In this document: in pieces, positions 1-8,237 of the stretch
How positions within the stretch are numbered: the stretch's first letter is position 1
How the letters are laid out: each line of letters starts with the position of its first letter
NCBI GenBank assembly: GCA_041497895.1
Contig: JBGQHJ010000160.1
Coordinates: forward strand, 1 to 10,778
Source of the DNA: Candidatus Methylomirabilia bacterium
Lineage (GTDB): Bacteria > Methylomirabilota > Methylomirabilia > Rokubacteriales > CSP1-6
DNA: 10,778 nucleotides
Direction: 5' to 3'
Translations under genes and position numbers: made by a program
Notes under the pieces: generated by a model
Told to the model about the DNA's origin: nothing
Databases searched by the model: none
Seen by the model: only the letters and a program-made list of their open reading frames with translations

Positions 1-314
1 ATCTCGTCGATGATGTCCGAGCAGTCGAGCTCTTTGCCCACGTCCCCGTAGTGGCGCAGAAAGCCCTTCCAGCAGCAGCACACGGGAGGGGCGAGGACCG
101 GGGACCATTCCCAGACCGGCGTGCGCTCGGGACCCGCGACAAACTTCGTGTAGATCACGGGAACGTTACGCTCGCGACACGCCGCGAGCAGCGACTGGTG
201 CACCGGGATGGTCGGTCGCGACTCGGGCACTTCCAGTGGCGCGCCGATCCGAACGAAGTCATTCTGCATGTCCACAACGACCAGCGCGGGATGGGGCAAT
301 TGACCGATCGTCAT
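1..314 (-). CDS. Isochorismatase-family cysteine hydrolase, N-terminal part (truncated at the left edge)
   Basis: Manual translation from ATG 314: MTIGQLPHPALVVVDMQNDFVRIGAPLEVPESRPTIPVHQSLLAACRERNVPVIYTKF...VCCCWKGFLRHYGDVGKELDCSDIIDE. ALVVVDMQNDF (catalytic Asp) and PVIYT are family hallmarks. GGAGG RBS at 325-321, 6 nt before the ATG. Frame stays open to the window edge. Confidence 0.9.
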   Translation of the reverse strand, partial: MTIGQLPHPALVVVDMQNDFVRIGAPLEVPESRPTIPVHQSLLAACRERNVPVIYTKFVAGPERTPVWEWSPVLAPPVCCCWKGFLRHYGDVGKELDCSDIIDE

Positions 315-349
315 TCACGACCTCCAGGACATGCTATCGACGCAACTCC

Positions 350-378
350 CTTGTAGCGATGGAGGCGTCGGTTGTCAA
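350..378 (-). promoter_or_regulatory. Sigma70-type promoter of the cysteine hydrolase gene
   Basis: Minus strand TTGACA (378-373), 17-nt spacer, TACAAG (355-350), about 35 nt upstream of ATG 314. Confidence 0.65.
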
Positions 379-383
379 ACCGA
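368..383. promoter_or_regulatory. Palindromic candidate operator overlapping the -35 element
   Basis: TCGGTT-GTCA-AACCGA: perfect 6-bp inverted arms with a 4-bp spacer, centred on the -35 hexamer. Confidence 0.5.
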
Positions 384-413
384 ACACCCGCGGCCTGGAA
401 CCCTCACTTCACT

Positions 414-563
414 TTACCTGCTTCGACTACGGACCTCAGGACGATTGTTCTCCTTCCAGCATTTTAGATGCGCTACTTCATTCATCTTACCGGGGACGTC
501 CAGCCACTTCTCCTCCCCCGCGATCTCGTCGGAGCAGAAGACGCACACCAACACCTTGGGCAT
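414..563 (-). CDS. 49-aa putative zinc-binding microprotein (C-x2-C-x21-H-x2-C)
   Basis: MPKVLVCVFCSDEIAGEEKWLDVPGKMNEVAHLKCWKENNRPEVRSRSR*. Strong SD GAGGAGGTG (576-568), with GGAGG 6 nt before ATG 563, and TAA at 416-414. The first 24 codons all end in G/C. Shorter than any ORF in the track. Confidence 0.75.
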   Translation of the reverse strand: MPKVLVCVFCSDEIAGEEKWLDVPGKMNEVAHLKCWKENNRPEVRSRSR

Positions 564-650
564 GTAGCACCTCCTCGTTCGTCGCGCCGCATGTCATTTT
601 GACCCGGCGGGACGCGCCATTCACCTTACGATGCTCCCTGATCACCGGAC

Positions 651-689
651 CACGCACGGCCCCTGCCGTTGCGGGCAGCGGCCGTGGTG
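651..689 (-). terminator. GC-rich stem-loop downstream of groEL (possible terminator or RNA-stabilising hairpin; no U-tract)
   Basis: CACGGCC (655-661) pairs with GGCCGTG (680-686) and CTGCC (663-667) with GGCAG (674-678), 6-nt loop. It lies about 25 nt after the groEL stop. No poly-U follows on the minus strand. Confidence 0.45.
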
Positions 690-710
690 TCTGGATCCGG
701 GTGCGCGGGC

Positions 711-2330
<1,620 letters not shown>

Positions 2331-2438
2331 CTCTCGCTCTCCTCCTGGCTCACTCGGTGGAATTGACCGGGCCCACCCTCGTCCGGGGCCGGTCGGGTTC
2401 GTTACGTTTGGGTGATGACGGCCGGGCTGGTCCCCGGG

Positions 2439-2726
2439 CTACTCGATGATCGCGAGCACGTCCTCTTCCCGCAGGATCAGGTACTCCTCGTCGTCCAGCT
2501 TGACCTCGGAACCGGAGTACTTGCCGAAGAGGATCTTGTCGCCGGCCTTCACGTCGAGCGGGACCTTCTTGCCCTCGTCGTTCACCTTCCCGTTCCCCAC
2601 CGCGATGACCTTGCCCTCCTGGGGCTTTTCCTTCGCCGTGTCCGGGATGATGATGCCGCCCTTCTTGACCTCCTTCTCCTCCTCCCGCTTGACGAGAATT
2701 CGGTCGTGCAACGGACGAATCTTCAT
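2439..2726 (-). CDS. groS: Co-chaperonin GroES (Cpn10), 95 aa
   Basis: [14 protein letters not shown]...[16 protein letters not shown]...[18 protein letters not shown]. Start moved from the track's 2798 to ATG 2726, which gives the canonical N-terminus and has GGAGG at 2741-2737. The longer version would begin inside the CIRCE. Confidence 0.99.
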   Translation of the reverse strand: MKIRPLHDRILVKREEEKEVKKGGIIIPDTAKEKPQEGKVIAVGNGKVNDEGKKVPLDVKAGDKILFGKYSGSEVKLDDEEYLILREEDVLAIIE

Positions 2727-2787
2727 GGTCTGCGTGCCTCCAGATGTAAGATGTTGGGCCTTGCGGCGAATGCCGCCCTTGGCGGCG

Positions 2788-2814
2788 TTAGCACTCAACC
2801 AAGGCGAGTGCTAA
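2788..2814. promoter_or_regulatory. CIRCE element (HrcA operator)
   Basis: TTAGCACTC-AACCAAGGC-GAGTGCTAA is an exact match to TTAGCACTC-N9-GAGTGCTAA, directly upstream of groES. Confidence 0.98.
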
Positions 2815-2860
2815 TATAGTCGGCGGCTTGGTGCTTGTCAAATCTAAATATTCTTTTTTC
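2813..2860 (-). promoter_or_regulatory. Sigma70-type groESL promoter with an AT-rich UP-like tract
   Basis: Minus strand TTGACA (2841-2836), 17-nt spacer, TATATT (2818-2813). The -10 overlaps the CIRCE arm by 2 nt. An AT-rich tract (2842-2859) lies just upstream of the -35. Confidence 0.85.
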
Positions 2861-2896
2861 TGAAGCTACTTGCGCCCACATTTAACAAGGTGACCC

Positions 2897-3892
2897 ATGA
2901 CCCCTGGATCCGGTAGGCCGACCATCCTGATCTCCCGGCTGCTCCCGGAAGCGGCCATCGATCTGGCGCGGAGCCGGGCCGAGGTCGACGCCTACGCCGT
3001 CGACGCCGCGATGCCCCGAGCCGAGCTGCTCGCCCGGCTGCGCGGCAGGCAAGGGCTGATCTGCGTGATCAGTGAGGCCATCGACCAGGCCCTGCTCGAC
3101 GCCTGCCCGGACCTCCGCGTCGTCTCCAACGTGGCGGTGGGCTACAACAACGTCGACGTCGCGGCGTGCACCCGGCGCGGGGTCGTGGTCACCAACACCC
3201 CAGACGTGCTGACCGACACCACCGCCGACTTCGCGTGGGCGCTCCTGATGGCGACCGCCCGGCGCGTGGTGGAGGCCGACCGCTACCTGCGCGAGGGGCG
3301 GTTTCAGCAGTGGGAATACATGCTCCTGCTGGGCGGCGACGTGCACGGCAAGACCCTGGGCGTGGTCGGCTTCGGCCGCATCGGCCGCGCGATGGCCCGG
3401 CGGGCCCAGGGCTTCGCGATGCGCGTCCTGTACCAGGACGCGGTGGCCGCGGACGCGACGGCCGAGCGCGAGCTCCACGCGACCCGGACCGATCTCGCCA
3501 CCCTGCTCCGCGAATCGGACTTCGTCAGCCTGCACACCCCGCTCATTCCCGAGACCCGGCATCTGATGAATGCCCAGTCGCTGCGCACGATGAAGAAGAC
3601 CGCCTACCTCATCAACGCGGCTCGCGGCCCGGTGGTGGACGAGGCGGCCCTGGTCCAGGCGCTCCGCGAGGGCTGGATCGCCGGCGCGGGTCTCGACGTG
3701 TTCGAGGAGGAGCCCAAGGTGCACCCGGGCCTGATCGGGCTGCCGAACGTGGTGCTGGCCCCCCACATCGCCAGCGCCTCCTCCGAGACACGGATCAAGA
3801 TGGCCACGCTGGCGGTGGAGAACTGCCTGGCCGTGCTCGAGGGCAAGACCCCCCCGACGCCGGTGAATCCCGAGGTATTGAGCCGCCGCTAG
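2897..3892 (+). CDS. D-2-hydroxyacid dehydrogenase, glyoxylate reductase / D-glycerate dehydrogenase (GyaR/GhrB-like), 331 aa
   Basis: AVGYNNVDV, VTNTPDVLTDTTADF, Rossmann motif GVVGFGRIG, INAARGPVVDE (catalytic Arg), AGLDVFEEEP (Glu) and LAPHIASA (His). Exact substrate cannot be determined from sequence. Confidence 0.93.
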   Translation: MTPGSGRPTILISRLLPEAAIDLARSRAEVDAYAVDAAMPRAELLARLRGRQGLICVISEAIDQALLDACPDLRVVSNVAVGYNNVDVAACTRRGVVVTNTPDVLTDTTADFAWALLMATARRVVEADRYLREGRFQQWEYMLLLGGDVHGKTLGVVGFGRIGRAMARRAQGFAMRVLYQDAVAADATAERELHATRTDLATLLRESDFVSLHTPLIPETRHLMNAQSLRTMKKTAYLINAARGPVVDEAALVQALREGWIAGAGLDVFEEEPKVHPGLIGLPNVVLAPHIASASSETRIKMATLAVENCLAVLEGKTPPTPVNPEVLSRR

Positions 3893-3940
3893 CCGTGCAC
3901 CGGCCGCGCGGGCCGGCCCCGGGCTAAAATGGCCGATCAC

Positions 3941-4585
3941 ATGGACTCCCATCTCTGGGCGTTCGTCCTGGTCGCCACGCTCCTCGCCGTCACTCCCGGC
4001 GCCGACACGCTCCTGGTCGTCCGAAACGTGCTGACGCGCGGTCGCCCCGCCGGCCTCGCGACGATCGCCGGCATCGCGGCGGGCTGCCTGGTCCACGCCA
4101 CCCTCTCCGCGATCGGCGTCGCGCTCGTCCTGGTGCGCTCGGCCGAGGCCTTCGCGGTACTCAAGTGGTGCGGCGCCATCTACCTCTTCGCGCTGGGGGC
4201 GCAGTCGCTCGGGCGCTGGCTCCGCCTGGACGCACGCACCGCGGAGAGCCCTGAGAAGGGACCGGCGGACCGGCCGCGCGCGGGGCGACGGCTGCGGTCC
4301 TGGCTGGAAGGCCTGCTCACCAACGTGCTGAACCCGAAGGTCGGGATCTTCTACCTGGCGTTCCTTCCCCAGTTCATCGCCCCGGGCGATCCGGCGCTCG
4401 CGCGGTCGCTCCTGCTGGCGGGTCTGCACATCGGCATCGGCGTGGCGTGGCTGTCCGCGCTCGCCTTCGGGGTGGGCCGGATCCGCCCACTCGTGGAGAG
4501 CCGGCTCTGGCGGGCCCGGCTCGAAGGGGCGAGCGGGGCGGTGCTGATCGGGCTCGGGGTCAGGCTGGCTGCCGAGCGCCGCTGA
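3941..4585 (+). CDS. LysE/RhtB-family amino-acid exporter, about 214 aa
   Basis: TPGADTLLVVRN, LKWCGAIYL and GLLTNVLNPKVGIFYLAFLPQF family motifs, with hydrophobic helices. Start 3941 preferred over 3929 because ATG 3929 overlaps a TAAAAT -10-like hexamer; the start is uncertain. Confidence 0.92.
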   Translation: MDSHLWAFVLVATLLAVTPGADTLLVVRNVLTRGRPAGLATIAGIAAGCLVHATLSAIGVALVLVRSAEAFAVLKWCGAIYLFALGAQSLGRWLRLDARTAESPEKGPADRPRAGRRLRSWLEGLLTNVLNPKVGIFYLAFLPQFIAPGDPALARSLLLAGLHIGIGVAWLSALAFGVGRIRPLVESRLWRARLEGASGAVLIGLGVRLAAERR

Positions 4586-5804
4586 GGCCCACGCCGCGCT
4601 CGATCCGCCGGGCCAGCCGCTCTAACCGGTGCTCGAAGGCGGCCAGCACCCGCTCCGACGCCCGGTGACGGCGCGCGAGCGCGAGGGCCTCCTCCACCAC
4701 GCCGCGCGCCGCCGCGAGATCGCGGCGGCGGTGCTCGTGGACCTTGGCGATCTCCTCCCAGGGGCGAGGATCGAACTCTCGCGGCGCGCGGGCGGCCGCC
4801 TCCCAGAGCGCGCGCGCCTCGTCCCAGCGCGCCCGCCGCTTCTCGCCCTGGGCCAGGCGCAACAGCAGCCGCTCCCGGGACGGGGTCGGCAGGCCCGAGT
4901 CGAGCGCCATCCGGTAGCACGCCAGGCTCCGCTCCGGCTCGGTCATCTCGAGCAGCCGGCCGAGCCCGGCCAGCGCCTCCGGCTCGAGCTCCGGGATCGG
5001 CGCGCGCGCCACCGCGTCCGCGACCCAGCCGGTCAGCGCGGCGAGCGAGAGGATGTCGTGCCGGTTGTGCTCGAACACGCGAGGCAGCTCGTCCGGCCGC
5101 TTGCGCCGCAGGTACTCGAAGTAGACGGTGGGGATCAGAGCGCCGGGCAGATCGTCGTCGCGGGTGAACCGGAGCGCGTGCTGCTCGACGGTCCCCAGGC
5201 GGCAGTCGGCGAGCCGATTGCTCCAGAGACGGCGGGCCGGAGCCAGCAGGTCGACGTGGAAGACCTCCCCGGGGAAGCGCCGGCGCCCGAGCACGAAGCG
5301 CGTCTCGAGCAGCGGCAGGTCGAAGCCACTGCCGTTGTAGGTGACGAAGCCGTCGAATCGCCGGAAGATCTCCTCGAGCGCGGTCAGGAGCGCGGGCTCC
5401 TCGTCGAGGTCGCGCATGAAGAACTGGCGCACCTCGAAGTCGTCGCCGTCGAAGAAGCCCACCCCGACCAGGAACGCGTAGGTGCCGGTGCCGCCGGCCA
5501 GGCCGGTGGTCTCGGTGTCGAGGTAGAGCAGGCGGTGGGCCTCGGCCACCTCGCCGCCGGCGCGGCCGAGGAGCGACAGGGCCAGCGGCGCCGCCTCGCG
5601 GGCCGCGAGCAGCGACTGGGCGCCGTGCCGGTGATCGACCGGGAAGCGGCGGCGCACCACCAGGAGGCGGCCGCGCTCGTTCTCCTCGATCGCGCCGTCG
5701 AGCAGCCCCTCGAGCGAGCGGGGCGCCCCCGCGGGCGGACGGGTCCGGCTCTTCGCCTCGATGCGGCGGATGATGCGGGTCAGCTCGGTGAGGTCGCGCG
5801 CCAC
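4560..5804 (-). CDS. YprB/MrfB-like RNase H-fold DEDDh exonuclease with a helical TPR-like C-terminus, 414 aa
   Basis: ExoI YLDTETTGL, ExoII TYNGSGFDLPLL, HVDLL and ExoIII HNRHD. Ala/Arg/Glu-rich helical C-terminus. GTG start 13 nt after the helicase stop, with no clear RBS. Confidence 0.88.
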   Translation of the reverse strand: MARDLTELTRIIRRIEAKSRTRPPAGAPRSLEGLLDGAIEENERGRLLVVRRRFPVDHRHGAQSLLAAREAAPLALSLLGRAGGEVAEAHRLLYLDTETTGLAGGTGTYAFLVGVGFFDGDDFEVRQFFMRDLDEEPALLTALEEIFRRFDGFVTYNGSGFDLPLLETRFVLGRRRFPGEVFHVDLLAPARRLWSNRLADCRLGTVEQHALRFTRDDDLPGALIPTVYFEYLRRKRPDELPRVFEHNRHDILSLAALTGWVADAVARAPIPELEPEALAGLGRLLEMTEPERSLACYRMALDSGLPTPSRERLLLRLAQGEKRRARWDEARALWEAAARAPREFDPRPWEEIAKVHEHRRRDLAAARGVVEEALALARRHRASERVLAAFEHRLERLARRIERGVGLSGARQPA

Positions 5805-5817
5805 GCGGGCCGAGAGG

Positions 5818-8169
5818 TCAGTGCCGAGGCACGAGGCGCTTGAGAATTTTCAGGGCCACCGGCTTGGCCTGGCGGCCCACCTCGTTCACCGGACCGACGC
5901 AGGAGGGACAGCCGCTCCGGCAGCCGCAGGCCTCGAGCGTCTCGAGGCCGCGCGCGAGCATCTCGGGGAGCACCTCGAAGATGCGCTCGGCCAGGCCGAT
6001 GCCGCCGGGCTGGTTGTCGTAGAGATAGATCGTCGGGGTGAAGGTCTCTCCCTGCAGGAGCTGGGCCCGCATGGTCTCCCGCGTCACCACCTGGCCGGCC
6101 TGCGAGGGTGAGCCGTCGCCGAGCCAGGAGCCCACGTCGCGGATGTCGCACAGCAGGAAGATGGGAGCCAGGCTGTGCAGCAGGTGGCTGAGCGCGCGGA
6201 GGCCGTCCACCAGGTCGTCGCGGCGGGGCGAGATCTGCGCGAGCAGGTCGGGATCGAGGGTGAGCCAGGCGCTGGTGGTCTGCATCTCCTGCTGCGGCAG
6301 CTCGACCTCGCCCGAGCCCACGTTCTCGAGCGTGCCCATCTTGATCTTCTTGAAGCCGACCACCTTCTCGGCCACCAGCACCTCGCCCTGCTCGGCGAGC
6401 AGGCCCGGCGTCTCCTGGCGCCCGAAGCGCTGGAGGATCCACACTCCCTTCGCGGTGATCGCGTCGGTGAAGTAGTCGACCAACACCTTCTTCACGTAGG
6501 CGACCTTCTCCTCGTCCTCGCGGTAGTGGAGCTCCTGCACCTCGAAGGGCTCGCCCTCCACCATGTAGATGGCCTTGGGATAGATCATGGCGAAGGCGCT
6601 CTTCCAGTCGACCTCCGCGATGATCTGCCGCCGCTTCACCTGCTGGGCGTCGCGCGCGGTGGTGTCGATGACCAGGAAGTTGTCCGAGGTCACCGTGCGC
6701 AGCGAGATGTGATCGGCCGGGTAGGTCTCCGAGCTCCAGTGGAAATGCTCGCCCGCCCGGTGGAACATACCCTCGTCCTCGAGCGCGGCCAGGTGGGGCG
6801 AGACGTCGCCTCCGAAGGCCTCATCCGCGCCCAGCGGCAGCTCGAAGGCCGCGCACTTGACGTGGTTGATCAGGATGAACGGGTTCTCCGGGTTGATGCG
6901 CGCGTGCTCGGGCGGGGCGCCAAAGAGATAGTCCGGATGCGCGGCCAGGTACTGGTCCATCGGCGAGCTGGTCGCCACCATCACCGCGGCGGATTCTCCG
7001 GTGCGCCGCCCGGCCCGGCCGGCCTGCTGCCACATCGAGGCGATGGTGCCGGGGTAGCCCGCGAGCACCGCCAGGTCGAGGTGGCCGATGTCGATGCCCA
7101 GCTCGAGCGCGCTGGTCGAGACCACCCCCAGCACCTCGCCCGAGCGCAGCCCTTGCTCCACTTCGCGGCGGCGGAGTGGGAGGTACCCGCCGCGATAGCC
7201 GCGCACGATGCCGGAGTCGCCGGTCTTGTCTTCGACCATCTTCTTGATCGAGGACAGCACCACCTCGGTGGAGAGCCGGCTCTGGCAGAACACGATGGTG
7301 GCGACCTTCTTCTTGAGAAAGCGCGCCGCGAGCTTGGAGGCCTCGCCGAGATAGGGGGCCCGGATGCCGAGCTCCGGATTGACCACCGGCGGGTTGTAGA
7401 CCATGAAGGTCTTCTCCCCGGTGGGCGCGCCGCTCTCGTTCAGCTCGACGACCCGCTCGCCGGTCAGGCGTTGCGCGAGGTCGCCGGGATTGGCGATGGT
7501 CGCCGAGGCCATGATGAACTGCGGGGTGGCCCCGTAGTGCCGACAGATCCGCTTGAGCCGCCGCAGCACGTTGGCGAGGTGGCTGCCGAAGACGCCGCGG
7601 TAGGCGTGCAGCTCGTCGATCACCACGTACTTGAGGTTCTGGAACAGGTTCACCCACTTGGTGTGGTGCGGCAGGATCCCCGAGTGCAGCATGTCCGGGT
7701 TGGTCAGCACGAGGTTGGCCCGCGCCCGCACCGAGCGCCGCGCGTCCTGCGGGGTGTCGCCGTCGTAGGTGAACATCCGCATGTCGGGCAGCGACTTCGC
7801 GAGCTCGGTGAGCTCCGCGAGCTGATCCTGGGCGAGCGCCTTGGTGGGGAACAGATAGAGCACGCGCGCCTCCGGCTGCTGCACGAGGGCCTGCAGCACC
7901 GGCAGGTTGTAGCAGAGGGTCTTGCCCGACGCGGTCGGGGTCACCACCACCAGGTGCTCGCCCTTGGCCACCGCCTCGAAGGCCTTGGCCTGGTGCGAGT
8001 AGAGCTGCTCGACGCCCCGTGCCTTCAAGGCTTCGACGATGCGCGGATCGAGCGAGGAGGGGAAGGGCGCGAACACCGCCGGCTTGGCCTCGAAGTGACG
8101 GACGGCGCTGATGAGCGGGCCGGTCTCGAGCGACGTCAAGAGCTCGTCGAGGAGCTCCCGGATTTGCAT
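5818..8169 (-). CDS. YprA/MrfA (Hrq1-like) SF2 DExH helicase with a C-terminal DUF1998 zinc-binding domain, 783 aa
   Basis: Q motif LYSHQ, Walker A TPTASGKT, FPTKALAQDQ, TNPDMLH, motif II DELH, III SAT, V STSALELGIDIG, VI QQAGRAGRR. C-terminal LLCD...YLYDNQPGGIG...CGCRSGCPSC. Confidence 0.95.
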   Translation of the reverse strand: MQIRELLDELLTSLETGPLISAVRHFEAKPAVFAPFPSSLDPRIVEALKARGVEQLYSHQAKAFEAVAKGEHLVVVTPTASGKTLCYNLPVLQALVQQPEARVLYLFPTKALAQDQLAELTELAKSLPDMRMFTYDGDTPQDARRSVRARANLVLTNPDMLHSGILPHHTKWVNLFQNLKYVVIDELHAYRGVFGSHLANVLRRLKRICRHYGATPQFIMASATIANPGDLAQRLTGERVVELNESGAPTGEKTFMVYNPPVVNPELGIRAPYLGEASKLAARFLKKKVATIVFCQSRLSTEVVLSSIKKMVEDKTGDSGIVRGYRGGYLPLRRREVEQGLRSGEVLGVVSTSALELGIDIGHLDLAVLAGYPGTIASMWQQAGRAGRRTGESAAVMVATSSPMDQYLAAHPDYLFGAPPEHARINPENPFILINHVKCAAFELPLGADEAFGGDVSPHLAALEDEGMFHRAGEHFHWSSETYPADHISLRTVTSDNFLVIDTTARDAQQVKRRQIIAEVDWKSAFAMIYPKAIYMVEGEPFEVQELHYREDEEKVAYVKKVLVDYFTDAITAKGVWILQRFGRQETPGLLAEQGEVLVAEKVVGFKKIKMGTLENVGSGEVELPQQEMQTTSAWLTLDPDLLAQISPRRDDLVDGLRALSHLLHSLAPIFLLCDIRDVGSWLGDGSPSQAGQVVTRETMRAQLLQGETFTPTIYLYDNQPGGIGLAERIFEVLPEMLARGLETLEACGCRSGCPSCVGPVNEVGRQAKPVALKILKRLVPRH

Positions 8170-8174
8170 GGCTC

Positions 8175-8204
8175 ATCCTATGTTTAGTGAGCGCAGGTTG
8201 TCAA
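8175..8204 (-). promoter_or_regulatory. Sigma70-type promoter of the helicase, positioned for a leaderless transcript
   Basis: Minus strand TTGACA (8204-8199), 18-nt spacer, TAGGAT (8180-8175), then 5 nt (GAGCC) and ATG 8169. Confidence 0.6.
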
Positions 8205-8237
8205 CTTTGGGGGCCCTGTGACACCCTGGGGAACGTG

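Noticed and set aside
2727..2798. 24-aa N-terminal extension of GroES in the ORF track
   Set aside because: It would start inside the CIRCE, and ATG 2726 has the RBS and the canonical N-terminus.
2727..2806. RNA thermometer in the groES leader
   Set aside because: I found no fourU or ROSE-type anti-SD pairing, and the SD appears unpaired.
2882..4429. 515-aa minus-strand ORF and 253-aa alternative-frame ORF (3166..3927)
   Set aside because: Shadows of the dehydrogenase and lysE-like genes, low complexity and without motifs.
5818..8169. Anti-phage system (DISARM or Druantia-like) built on the DUF1998 helicase
   Set aside because: No methyltransferase, PLD nuclease, SNF2 helicase or other defence genes nearby. 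The partner is YprB/MrfB-like, codon usage is host-like and the neighbours are housekeeping genes.
4629..8187. Long ORFs 4629..5843, 6175..8187, 6821..8176 and 5780..6442
   Set aside because: Antisense or off-frame shadows of the exonuclease and helicase in GC-rich DNA.
8172..8188. Possible LexA/SOS box in the helicase promoter (CT-N8-GTTTAG)
   Set aside because: Only a loose resemblance to GTTC-type half-sites, not a clean palindrome, and the host LexA motif is unknown. It would need a comparison with the recA and lexA promoters.
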